A DNA stretch of 64,000 nucleotides. It comes from Acidimicrobiales bacterium. Lineage in GTDB: Bacteria; Actinomycetota; Acidimicrobiia; Acidimicrobiales; Bog-793. This document shows, piece after piece, positions 43,354 through 52,342 of the stretch. Below the pieces are notes generated by a model, which was not told the origin of the DNA, did no database searches, and saw only the letters and a list, made by a program, of their open reading frames with translations. Within the stretch, counting starts at the first letter, position 1, and every line of letters starts with the position of its first letter. A program made the translations under genes and the position numbers. The DNA is taken from NCBI GenBank assembly GCA_050744865.1, contig JBOGHW010000032.1, forward strand, positions 5,047-69,046, read 5' to 3'.

Positions 43354-44438
43354 GGCAGCGCCTCTGCCAGCACGGCCGCCACCCTCTCTGCTGCCCGGCC
43401 GTCCCAAAACGGCGGCCGGAACGGACCGGGCGGGGCACCATGGACAGCCAAGCGCCGGTTCGCTGCCGCGACGATCCGTCCCGGCTCGGTCCCGACGATC
43501 TCGTTGCGCCCACCCTGCAACGTGATCGGGCGCTCGGTCTCGTCCCGGAGGGTCAGGCAGGGTATCCCCAGCACCACGGCCTCTTCCTGGATGCCACCGG
43601 AGTCGGTGAGGACGAGAGACGACGAGGCCAAGAGGCCGATGAAGTCGGGGTAATTGACGGGTGGGAGCACCGTCACGCCATCTCCGAGCCCAATCCCTCC
43701 CAACTCCAGGCGCTGCCGGGTACGCGGGTGAACGGCGAACAGCAGGGGCAGCGTCTCGCTGATGGTGGCGAGAGCCGAGACCAAGCCGGCCAGAACGGCG
43801 GGTTGGTCGACGTTGGCCGGACGGTGCAGCGTGACGACGCCGAAGTCGCTCCCGGCGACGCCGTAGCGACGGCGGATCTCGGCGGTGTCGAGGCGCGGCA
43901 GCACCCAGTCGAGCGAGTCGATCATGACGTTGCCGACCAAGTGGACCGCCTCGGGCGGGACCGCCTCAGCCACCAGGTTGGCGATGGCGTCGGGCGACGG
44001 CGAGAAAAGCCACCGCGCCATGTGGTCGGTGAGGATGCGGTTGCGTTCCTCAGGCATCGAGGAGTTGAAGCTGCGCAGCCCGGCTTCGACGTGACCTACC
44101 GGCACGCCAACGGTGGACGACACCAGGGCAGCGGCCAACGTCGAGCTGACGTCGCCGACAACGAGCGTGCAGTCGGGCTTCACGTCCTCCAAGACGGTCT
44201 CGAGCCGCTCCATGATCGCGGCAATCTGGCGAGCTTGTGTACTCGCACCGACATCGAGGCGAATGTCGGCGGCCGGTAGCTCGAGAGCCATGATGATGTC
44301 GTCGGACATCGAAGCGTCGAAGTGCTGCCCCGTGTGCACGAGCACTGGCTCGACGCCGGGCAGGGCAGTCAGAGCCCGGTGCAGCGGAGCCACTTTGACG
44401 AAGTTGGGCCGCGTCCCGAACACCAGGAGGGGCCTCAC
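43350..44438 (-). CDS. wecB: UDP-N-acetylglucosamine 2-epimerase (non-hydrolysing)
   Basis: LLVFGTRPNFVKVAPL, VHTGQHFD..MSD, VGDVSSTLAAAL, LTDSGGIQEEA. GTG 44438 overlaps the upstream TGA; the ORF-track start is 44468. Confidence 0.9.
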   Translation of the reverse strand: MRPLLVFGTRPNFVKVAPLHRALTALPGVEPVLVHTGQHFDASMSDDIIMALELPAADIRLDVGASTQARQIAAIMERLETVLEDVKPDCTLVVGDVSSTLAAALVSSTVGVPVGHVEAGLRSFNSSMPEERNRILTDHMARWLFSPSPDAIANLVAEAVPPEAVHLVGNVMIDSLDWVLPRLDTAEIRRRYGVAGSDFGVVTLHRPANVDQPAVLAGLVSALATISETLPLLFAVHPRTRQRLELGGIGLGDGVTVLPPVNYPDFIGLLASSSLVLTDSGGIQEEAVVLGIPCLTLRDETERPITLQGGRNEIVGTEPGRIVAAANRRLAVHGAPPGPFRPPFWDGRAAERVAAVLAEALP

Positions 44439-45088
44439 GGGCGAGCTCCGAGGACGGTGGCCAGGCACCCGCCGGCCGGCTCGACTTCGACCGGGCCGCC
44501 AGTCACGACGGCCCGCGCCAAGCGCGAAGTCGCCAGCGTGGTCCAGAGCGACAACCGGAAGTCAGACTCCGCCGTCTCCTCGCCACGCAACAGAGCCACG
44601 AAGCCCGCCATCTCCTCGGCGTGCCCCTTGGCCGGTGCCTTCCAGCGCCGCTTGGCCGCGCCAGTTCCCCAGATCGACAGAGTGCGAGGTATAACGACGT
44701 ACTCGCAATGGTTGGCATAACCGGCCCCGGCGCAGGCGACCAGCTCGCCCGGGCGGATGTCGCCAACCCCTGAGCCGACCTCCACGACGGTGCCGGCCGA
44801 CGAATAGCCCGTCAGCATGGGGCTCGAGAGCCTGTCGCTCACAACTCTCCACGTCTCGACCGGCCCGGTCAGCCGGACACTCTGCATGACTTGGTGCACC
44901 TGGTCGGGCCGCCTGCGGGCTTTGCCAAGCAGCGAGTCCTTCCCGGTCTGAAGGCGCGCCCGCTCGGTCCCGGCACTGATGAGCGAGAAGTGGTTGCGCA
45001 CGAGGACCTGGCCGGGCCTGGTGCTCGGCGCCGGTACGTCGGCAACCGAGATCCTGCCGTCCTTTGCCCGGAAGAGAACTGCTTTCAT
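44435..45088 (-). CDS. internally deleted remnant of a bi-domain (Zn-ADH + Gfo/Idh/MocA) oxidoreductase; possible pseudogene
   Basis: Residues 1-135 match the GroES-like ADH N-terminus of bi-domain oxidoreductases (VPAPSTRPGQVLVRNHFSLISAGTER...LLGKARRRPDQVHQV...GYSSAGTVVEVG). Residues ~150-200 (KGHAEEMAGFVALLRGEE...) resemble that family's extreme C-terminus. The ~500 aa in between is absent. Confidence 0.5.
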   Translation of the reverse strand: MKAVLFRAKDGRISVADVPAPSTRPGQVLVRNHFSLISAGTERARLQTGKDSLLGKARRRPDQVHQVMQSVRLTGPVETWRVVSDRLSSPMLTGYSSAGTVVEVGSGVGDIRPGELVACAGAGYANHCEYVVIPRTLSIWGTGAAKRRWKAPAKGHAEEMAGFVALLRGEETAESDFRLSLWTTLATSRLARAVVTGGPVEVEPAGGCLATVLGARP

Positions 45089-46131
45089 GATCCTGGTCGT
45101 CCCTTGGTCAGATCCTCGCCAACAGATGCGCGCGGGCGCCAGCCAAGTGCCTTGCTGCCCCCCTTCCGGTCGACCCTACTCAAGGCCGCCAGCCCGTCGG
45201 TGCTCGTCCTGCTCGGCAACAGCGGGTAGCCGTAGCGGTGCAGGAGGGGGACGGCCGGCAGCGTCGCCTTGCCGAGATCGCGTCCTGACATTGCCTGGCG
45301 CCAGCGCTCGTCCAGCGCCAGCTCGACGGTGCCTGACTGGAAGCGGTTCGGATTGCCGCCCACGAGGTGACACGACGACCCCACGTGGACGGCACCGCTG
45401 CCTTCGAGCGGTAGGTCCTCGGCCCTGCAGCCGAAAGCTTCCGCAGCCGCGCCGAGCACCTGTCGGGGCGCTGTCACGAAGTCCTCGTAGCGCAAGCGCT
45501 GGTAGCGCGAGCCGAGCCGCCTGCGCACGAAGAGCTCCGCCTCGCCGTTGGCGGCGGCCCACCAGAACGAGCTCATGGCCGGGCTGAACGTCTGCAACGA
45601 CTCTCCTTGCCGACCCGGGTCGGCCGTCGGCCGTGACCACGAGAAGGCCGCCGCCCGCGGGTCGCGGACGAGGTGGATCACATACAGGTCGACTCGCGGA
45701 TCCCTGCAGAGGATGAGGATGTCACTCACGAACTTGGACGAGTCGATGACACCTGTCGTGCCGCAGTAGGCGGTGGCCGCCTGGTACAGATTCACGAGGA
45801 GCTCGCCGTAGGGATTGAGCGGACGTCCCGGGCGCCGGCGCAGCTCCCACCACAAGCGGGGGATGTGACGTTGGCGCTCCTCGGCGGCTCGCAGCGAGGT
45901 TGCCTGCTGCTCGTCGATACCGCTTGACGCCAGGGCGTCCTTCAGCACGACGGACCAGAAGTCGCAGTCCAGCACGGTGCTGCCACACGAGCAGCGGTGG
46001 GCGGCGACACCCCGGTCGTCGAACAGGTCGCGCACCTCGCCGAGGGACGTGAACCCAGGCAGCTGGCCAAGGATCCGGTCGAGCAGTGTCGACCCGCTAC
46101 GCCCGTGGCCCGTCACGCAGACGACCTTCAT
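45085..46131 (-). CDS. sulfotransferase-family protein
   Basis: VCVTGHGRSGSTLLDRILG (5'-PSB), Cys cluster RCSCGSTVLDCDFW, IDSSKF, HLVRDPRAAAFS. Confidence 0.75.
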   Translation of the reverse strand: MKVVCVTGHGRSGSTLLDRILGQLPGFTSLGEVRDLFDDRGVAAHRCSCGSTVLDCDFWSVVLKDALASSGIDEQQATSLRAAEERQRHIPRLWWELRRRPGRPLNPYGELLVNLYQAATAYCGTTGVIDSSKFVSDILILCRDPRVDLYVIHLVRDPRAAAFSWSRPTADPGRQGESLQTFSPAMSSFWWAAANGEAELFVRRRLGSRYQRLRYEDFVTAPRQVLGAAAEAFGCRAEDLPLEGSGAVHVGSSCHLVGGNPNRFQSGTVELALDERWRQAMSGRDLGKATLPAVPLLHRYGYPLLPSRTSTDGLAALSRVDRKGGSKALGWRPRASVGEDLTKGRPGS

Positions 46132-48128
46132 GCCCGCCCTGACTTCGGTGTGGTACCGCCAGTCCCTCGCTTCAGAGCCACGGCCACCGGGCCCGCAATC
46201 AAGCCCGTCAGCAGCTGTGATCCGGCCGGCATGGCGCGACGCCAGCCGTCGTCAAGACGAACGACTCGCCTGTTGCCTGCTGTCCGGCTCGGGTTGCCGG
46301 CCAGTACGTGGGATGTCGCCAAGCCCACAGTGGCTCCCTCGAACCGCGGCCCGCCACCTTCCAGCCCGAGCAGGGCGCCGAGGCGAGCCAGCTCCGCCGC
46401 CGGTTCTGCGCAGAGCGCCTCGTAAGAGGCGGTCGCCGAGTGCATGACCCGGCCGGCGACGAGGCGGCACTCGAGGTTGGCCGTCGCGTAGCCCCTGGCG
46501 CTGCTCAGCGTCGAGCGCACGGGCGGGGGAGCCGTGGTCTGCGCGTCCCGCTCGTGGGGGCGCTGCGACTCGGACCAGGCGACGGCTCGCGGGTCTCGCA
46601 GAAGATGCACGCCCGCTATCTGCTCTCCGAGCGCCAGCCTCATGATGGCCAAGCCAGTAGCCGACTTGGAGGAGTCGACCAACGTCGACGCGCCCGAACC
46701 CTCGAGAAGCAGGTCTACGAGCGATCTCAGCCAGTCGGCGTACTCGGCGACGTCGGCCGGCCAGCTCGAAGGCGGCCGCCGAGCCAGTGCCACCAGCTCG
46801 ACAAGGCGCCGCTGGCGTTCGACTCCGCGCCGGAGCTGCCATACCCGCCGGCGCTCCTCTCCTGTCAGGAGCTTGGCGGTTGGCATGGCCCACACAGGGC
46901 AGTCGACAGCCTCCGCGCCACACGAGCAGCGCTGGCCAAGGCTGGTCGGGAGTGCGGCGTTGTTGAGCTCGCCGACGGCGACCGCACCGGGAAACGACCC
47001 GAGAAGCTCGCCAACCAGGGTGCTCCCGCTCCGCATCGACCCGGCGACGTAGACGAGCCGCGGCGCTAAGGCCGGCACTCTTGGCACTGCGGGTGTGCTG
47101 CCGGCGGGCGTCGGGCCGCCTGGCGAGCCGGCCGGCGGGTCGGCGGGTACCTCGGCCAGCGGGCGGCAGGCCGGCGACGACAGACGGCCGATGGCGATGC
47201 GTCCCAGCGCCTGCACCGTGCCGAGAGCCCTGGAAAGCTCCGCCTTGTCGCGCCGGGCAAGACCGAGGCCGACCCGCAGGCACGCATCGCCTGCTGCCGA
47301 CCAGGCGAAGGCGAGCCGAGAGATGCCGTTGCCGGCCTGCTCGGCTGCCCAAGCTGCCACGATCACGGTCGCCTCGTAGGCGTGCCGCCGCGATCCCCAG
47401 CGGTTGGCGGGAGACAGGTCGTGCACGCAGCGCGCCCTCGTTTCTACGGCTAGGCGCCCGCTCCGCGAGACCCTGAAGCCGAAGTCTTTGTCCTCGGCCT
47501 TCGAGTAGCCCTCCAGCCTGTCGTCGAAACGATGCCTCAGCACGACATCGAGGCGGTAGCTCATCGCACAGCCGCTCAGCCAGTCGAGGCGACCGCCGTC
47601 GGGTCCACCCGGGTATTGGCCCATGACGGCTCGGCCGGACTTCAACACCGAGCCCGGCACCGGGCCCCACAACCCGAAGAGGCGCTTCAGTTGCTTGAAC
47701 GACGGCACCGGCTGGTTCTCGACCACGGCACCGACGCCGGCGAGGTCCTTCTCCGCAGCCAGCCGCGCCTCGATCGCTTCTTGGTACCCGGGCCGGATCC
47801 TCGTGTCGTCGTCGATGAAGTGGACGATCTCCACCCCAAGGCGCCGACAGTAGAGGGCAGAGTCGTTGCGCTGGCGGGCCAGCCCGGGACGCTCGGCCCG
47901 CACGTAGTGCAGGTCGAGAGGCAGCTCCGAGGCCGAGCAGAGACCTGCCGTCGCCTCGCCGGCGCTGGCGTCGTAGACCACCACGCATGACCCGGGGCGA
48001 TCCTGCGCCACGCAGCAGAGGGCAGCTGCCAACTCACCGGGTCGGTCGCGGGTGCAAATGACCACCGCAGCTTTGGGTCTGTCGATCCCCGCCGGCGGAG
48101 CTTCGAAAGCTGTCATAGACGCCGTCAC
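46128..48128 (-). CDS. fusion protein: N-terminal GT2 glycosyltransferase + C-terminal sulfotransferase
   Basis: N-terminal half: VVICTRDRPGEL, VVVYDAS, HFIDDD (DxD). C-terminal half after a Pro-rich linker: VYVAGSMRSGSTLVGELLG, QRCSCGAEAVDCPVW, VDSSKS, HLLRDPRAVAWS, which is paralogous to the 45085 ORF. Confidence 0.75.
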   Translation of the reverse strand: MTASMTAFEAPPAGIDRPKAAVVICTRDRPGELAAALCCVAQDRPGSCVVVYDASAGEATAGLCSASELPLDLHYVRAERPGLARQRNDSALYCRRLGVEIVHFIDDDTRIRPGYQEAIEARLAAEKDLAGVGAVVENQPVPSFKQLKRLFGLWGPVPGSVLKSGRAVMGQYPGGPDGGRLDWLSGCAMSYRLDVVLRHRFDDRLEGYSKAEDKDFGFRVSRSGRLAVETRARCVHDLSPANRWGSRRHAYEATVIVAAWAAEQAGNGISRLAFAWSAAGDACLRVGLGLARRDKAELSRALGTVQALGRIAIGRLSSPACRPLAEVPADPPAGSPGGPTPAGSTPAVPRVPALAPRLVYVAGSMRSGSTLVGELLGSFPGAVAVGELNNAALPTSLGQRCSCGAEAVDCPVWAMPTAKLLTGEERRRVWQLRRGVERQRRLVELVALARRPPSSWPADVAEYADWLRSLVDLLLEGSGASTLVDSSKSATGLAIMRLALGEQIAGVHLLRDPRAVAWSESQRPHERDAQTTAPPPVRSTLSSARGYATANLECRLVAGRVMHSATASYEALCAEPAAELARLGALLGLEGGGPRFEGATVGLATSHVLAGNPSRTAGNRRVVRLDDGWRRAMPAGSQLLTGLIAGPVAVALKRGTGGTTPKSGRA

Positions 48129-49570
48129 GAGATCGGCGCTAGCTCTGCCTCGAGGGCGACGAGTGCATCGCCGTCCTCGAGATCCGGGGCGTCCATGAGC
48201 TTTGCCGACAGACCGAAGGCGAGCGCAACCACTAGCCAGCTCGGGCCTCCCATGTAAGTGACCTCCAGCGAGACATTCGTCGCAGCGGTGACAATGGCGG
48301 CAACGAGGGCACCGAAGACGGCTGGAGCGTAGATACTTCGTCGCCGGACCTTCCAGATTCGCCAGAGCGCCAACAGGAAGACGAAGATCACCAGGAGGCC
48401 TGCCGGATAGCCGGCGTAGAACGTGTAGCCGACGAAGGAGTCATGCACGCCCATGCCGGCCTTGGTCGCGATGTTGTTGTTCTTCAGCTGCACGTCGATC
48501 GGGTGGTAGGCGCCGACTCCGAGAAGTGGGTCGTCGTCCCAGGTGGTATGCAAGGCGTAGCTCCACATGAGCTCGCGCAGCGTGACGTTGTCGGCCGCCG
48601 CGACCTGCGCCCCGCTGGCACGCTCGGCAAGCCTGCCTACCAGCGGAACGGACCGTGGCACGACGATGAAGCCACTGATGACCGCGAGGCTGAACAGGGC
48701 CGTGCAAAAGCCCAAGGCGAGCGTCAGGAGCATTCGCCGGGACAGGTATCGGAGCTGCTGGCTCGCCATCCAGGCCGCCGCGCACGACAGCAGCAGCGTG
48801 AGCGTCACGCCCCGCTTGGCAGAGTACGCGATGAGCATCACCGAGCCCATGAGGAACGTGGCCGTCAGCAGCTTGCGGCCAGGCATACCGCCCACCACGG
48901 CAAAGGCACCGGCAATCCCGAGCTCGAGCCCGAAGGCCGAAGGGATCATGTGGTGGCCGTGGTCGAGCAACAAGCCGAGCGGGATGACCGGCAAGATGAT
49001 CCTCGGCAGCCACTGCAGCAGGCGCTCGGGCTCGTGCAGCTGTGACAGCCATCCTGCGATCGGCACGGCGGCCAAGGGGTAGAGCACGAGGACGAGACCC
49101 TTGATGGCATCTGGGTATTTGTGATGCCGGCCGACGTCGACGCCGTGCAGCATCAACAGGGAGACCGCAGTGCAGCAAGCGGCCATCACCCCGAGGTGCC
49201 TCCAGCGCGCCCGGCCGAGCGACGCCAACGCTGCCAGCGTGGCCAGGACGTCAGGCAAGTAGATCGGGTTGAAACCGATCAGCGAGTACGACCTGCTCAG
49301 CAAGAACATCGGCAGGAGATAGGCGAGCAGGATCAAGCTGACCCAGGACCATCGGTCCGCGTGGTCCTTCACGCCGCCCGGCCGGACAGCCCTCCAGCTC
49401 AGAGTGGCGAACAGGACAAGGCCCGCCCCTCCGGCGACGGCGAGGGCCGGGATCGGCTCCATGGCCGTAGCAGTGCCGGCGATGGCCGCCAGCAGCACAA
49501 CGCCCATGGTTGTCAGCACCCGACGAGCATGTTCGCCCGCAGGCGCCATGCCTGATTCAACCCCCCTCAA
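48125..49570 (-). CDS. O-antigen polymerase/ligase-like (Wzy-type) polytopic membrane protein
   Basis: About 10-12 hydrophobic segments with one larger loop, located between the glycosyltransferase and the Wzz/BY-kinase gene. No sharper motif recognised. Confidence 0.6.
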   Translation of the reverse strand: MRGVESGMAPAGEHARRVLTTMGVVLLAAIAGTATAMEPIPALAVAGGAGLVLFATLSWRAVRPGGVKDHADRWSWVSLILLAYLLPMFLLSRSYSLIGFNPIYLPDVLATLAALASLGRARWRHLGVMAACCTAVSLLMLHGVDVGRHHKYPDAIKGLVLVLYPLAAVPIAGWLSQLHEPERLLQWLPRIILPVIPLGLLLDHGHHMIPSAFGLELGIAGAFAVVGGMPGRKLLTATFLMGSVMLIAYSAKRGVTLTLLLSCAAAWMASQQLRYLSRRMLLTLALGFCTALFSLAVISGFIVVPRSVPLVGRLAERASGAQVAAADNVTLRELMWSYALHTTWDDDPLLGVGAYHPIDVQLKNNNIATKAGMGVHDSFVGYTFYAGYPAGLLVIFVFLLALWRIWKVRRRSIYAPAVFGALVAAIVTAATNVSLEVTYMGGPSWLVVALAFGLSAKLMDAPDLEDGDALVALEAELAPIS

Positions 49571-49591
49571 CTGCTGTCCCCCCTCAGGGCT

Positions 49592-51265
49592 TTACACCCT
49601 GGTACGCACTTTCTCCGATCCTCTCCGGCCGCTGCCGCTGCCGTTGGATCGGCTGGTGAAATGAGTCGCCGCCGTCTCGCGGCCTTGCCCGGTATCGGGC
49701 TTCTTCTCGGCGTGCCCGTAGTAGCCGTAGTAGCCGTAGTACGAGTCGGACCTCTTGATGGCTGCACCGTTCAGGACACTGCCTATGACAGGCGCATCGA
49801 CTTGGCTGAGGACACGGCGGAGCTTGGCAAGGCTGCGCCTGCGGGTGCGATTCTGAGCTACGACGAGCACCACGCCGTCTGCATAGCGCGACATGACGAC
49901 GGCGTCGGTCACGGGAAGGACCGGGGGTGCATCGATGAGGACGACGTCGAACCTCTCCCGCAGGTCGCTCAGCACCGACTGCAGGCGAGGGCTGCTGAGG
50001 AACTCGGCAGCTCCGTCGGGAAGAGGCCCGGTGCCGAGGAAGTAGAGCCCGGCGACGTCGACGACAGGTTGGATGGCATCTTCCACGCCAGCCACGCCAA
50101 GTGCGATCGACGTCAACCCGACAGTCTCTTGCAGGCCGAGAAAGCTACCGAGGCGGGGGCGGCGGAGGTCGCCGGACAGCACGAGCGTCTTCTTGCCCGA
50201 GCGCGCAAAGGTGACCCCAAGGTTGGCGACCGTCGAGGTCTTGCCTTCCAAGCCGACCGAGCTCGTCACGACAAGGGTCCTCACTGACTGGTTGAGCCGC
50301 GTGAACTCGACTGCGGTGCGCAACGACCTGTAAGCCTCCGAAACGATGTTGCGTGGCGCTTGCAAGCTCACCACGTACGGGCTGGAGACGTCGTTCCAGC
50401 TGTCGACGATTGGTATGACGCCCAGGTGCGGCATCTCGGGGCACGTGCGATCTATGTCGGCCTCGCTCCTGACAGAGTCGTCGAAAGCGTCGACGACGAA
50501 CGCAAGCACGAGGCCGAGGATGAGCCCGACGACGAGCCCGAGGCCGAGGTCGCGGCTCGTCTTGGGTGAGCTCGGGCTCTTCGGGGGATTGGCAACAGAC
50601 GTCTGCTGCACGGTGCTGCCTGCCTTCTCCAGCTGGGCCTGCAGCGCCACGTCGGCACTCTGAACACTGATGACGGTCTGGATATCCTGCTGCAGCGTTG
50701 CCTTGTCCACGTTCTCGGTCGGGCTGAGTGGCTGGCCCGCCGGGACGGCGTCGAGGACCTTCTCGAGCGAGACCTCGTTGCTCTGCAGATTGATGACCTC
50801 GGCCTTGTTGTCGGCGATCTGGCTGTTGACCGACGTCTGCTGCTGCTCGCCCATCACCTGGATGAACGCCTTGGCGTAGTCGTTGGCGATGGTGGCGGCC
50901 TTGATGGGCGACGAGTTCGCAACCGAGATCGCGATGAGGCTGGTCGTGCCGGAGGCGGACGCCGTAGCCGGCGGTGGCGGCGTGACGCCGAGGTCCTTGC
51001 TCACGAGTTGCTTCACCCACGTCGAGGTGACGAGAGCAGCGTCCGTATCGACGTTGCCCTTGCTCCCGCTCGTGCCGCCCAGCACCTCAACGGTCGCCTG
51101 GGCCGTGTACACCTTCGTCTCGGAGTACGAGTACAGCCCGGCGGCAACCACGACTATCAGCGCCGTGGCAGCTATCCACCACCCACGGCGCCGGATGGTC
51201 CGCAAATAGTCGTTGACAGGGGAGTCGGGAGCGCGTTGGTCCGTCGCCACCGGCGTAGTATACAT
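49592..51265 (-). CDS. polysaccharide co-polymerase (Wzz) fused to BY-type tyrosine kinase (Wzc-like)
   Basis: N-terminal TM + coiled periplasmic-type domain + second TM. Walker A SSVGLEGKTSTVANLG, Walker A' LVLSGDLRRP, Walker B VVLIDAPPVLPVTDA. C-terminal Tyr cluster SDSYYGYYGYYGH. Likely ATG 51265. Confidence 0.85.
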   Translation of the reverse strand: MYTTPVATDQRAPDSPVNDYLRTIRRRGWWIAATALIVVVAAGLYSYSETKVYTAQATVEVLGGTSGSKGNVDTDAALVTSTWVKQLVSKDLGVTPPPPATASASGTTSLIAISVANSSPIKAATIANDYAKAFIQVMGEQQQTSVNSQIADNKAEVINLQSNEVSLEKVLDAVPAGQPLSPTENVDKATLQQDIQTVISVQSADVALQAQLEKAGSTVQQTSVANPPKSPSSPKTSRDLGLGLVVGLILGLVLAFVVDAFDDSVRSEADIDRTCPEMPHLGVIPIVDSWNDVSSPYVVSLQAPRNIVSEAYRSLRTAVEFTRLNQSVRTLVVTSSVGLEGKTSTVANLGVTFARSGKKTLVLSGDLRRPRLGSFLGLQETVGLTSIALGVAGVEDAIQPVVDVAGLYFLGTGPLPDGAAEFLSSPRLQSVLSDLRERFDVVLIDAPPVLPVTDAVVMSRYADGVVLVVAQNRTRRRSLAKLRRVLSQVDAPVIGSVLNGAAIKRSDSYYGYYGYYGHAEKKPDTGQGRETAATHFTSRSNGSGSGRRGSEKVRTRV

Positions 51266-51316
51266 ACGGTAACTAGGTGCGAAATCTCCTCGGTCGCCGC
51301 CGCCGGCGCCGGTCAC

Positions 51317-52333
51317 TCAGGGCAGGAGCGACTGCACCTCGGAGCGCTCTTCGAGCAGCTCAGCGGTGGTTGCAGCGATCCGCTGCCTGGCCGCCTCGCT
51401 GTGCTCGAGGCCCTCGACGACCTCGTAGACCGAGCCGTCGGAGCGCACGGGGAAGCCGAACTGCAGGCCCTCCGGCACGCCGTACTCGCCGTGGGAGGCG
51501 ACCGCCAAAGACGTCCAGTCACCGGCCGGAGTCGGAGTCGACGCGCTCACCACCGAGTCCACGACGGCGTTGGCCGCCGACGCGGCCGAGGAGGCGCCCC
51601 TCGCCTCGATGATCGCCGCCCCGCGCTTTTGCACGGTCGTTATGAACTCGCCAGACAGCCAGTCGTGGTCACCGATTACCTCGGTGGCAGGACGTCCCCC
51701 GACAAGGGCGTTCTCGAAGTCCGGGTACTGCGTGGCGGAGTGGTTACCCCAGATCGCGACGTTCGACACCGCCGAGACGGCCACACCGGCCCTGGCGGCC
51801 AGTTGCGACTTCGCCCTGTTCTCGTCGAGCCGAGTCATGGCGAACCACCTCTCGGCCGGCACGTCCGGAGCGTTCGAGCGAGCAATCAGGCAGTTGGTGT
51901 TGCAGGGGTTGCCCACGACGAGCACCCGGACGTCGGCAGCGGCGTTCTCGCTGATGGCACGGCCGTAGGGCTTGAAGATGCCTCCGTTGATGCTGAGGAG
52001 GTCCTTGCGCTCCATGCCTGCCTTACGCGGAACCGATCCGAGCAGCAGCACCCATGACGCCCCGTCGAATCCCTTGGCCGGATCCGACGTGGTCTCGATG
52101 CCCGCCAGCAACCCGAAAGCGCAGTCCTGCAGCTCCATGACGACGCCGTGCAGAGCCGGCATGGCCGCCTCGATGTCGAGCAGGCGCAGGACCACCGGCT
52201 GATGCGGGCCGAGCAGCTGGCCGGAGGCAATCCGGAACAGCAGCGAGTAGCTGATCTGCCCGGACGCGCCCGAGACCGTCACATGGACTGGCGGGAGGGC
52301 GAACGGGGGCTGGGTGGAGGAGGAGTCTGGCAC
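51317..52333 (-). CDS. mdh: malate dehydrogenase
   Basis: [41 protein letters not shown]. Confidence 0.9.
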   Translation of the reverse strand: MPDSSSTQPPFALPPVHVTVSGASGQISYSLLFRIASGQLLGPHQPVVLRLLDIEAAMPALHGVVMELQDCAFGLLAGIETTSDPAKGFDGASWVLLLGSVPRKAGMERKDLLSINGGIFKPYGRAISENAAADVRVLVVGNPCNTNCLIARSNAPDVPAERWFAMTRLDENRAKSQLAARAGVAVSAVSNVAIWGNHSATQYPDFENALVGGRPATEVIGDHDWLSGEFITTVQKRGAAIIEARGASSAASAANAVVDSVVSASTPTPAGDWTSLAVASHGEYGVPEGLQFGFPVRSDGSVYEVVEGLEHSEAARQRIAATTAELLEERSEVQSLLP

Positions 52334-52342
52334 ACCTCGAAT

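Noticed and set aside
46252-47988. 578-aa alternative-frame minus-strand ORF inside the GT2::sulfotransferase gene
   Set aside because: It lies on the same strand in a different frame. The translation is almost pure Arg/Gly/Pro/Ala, while the 46128..48128 frame carries the GT2 and sulfotransferase motifs.
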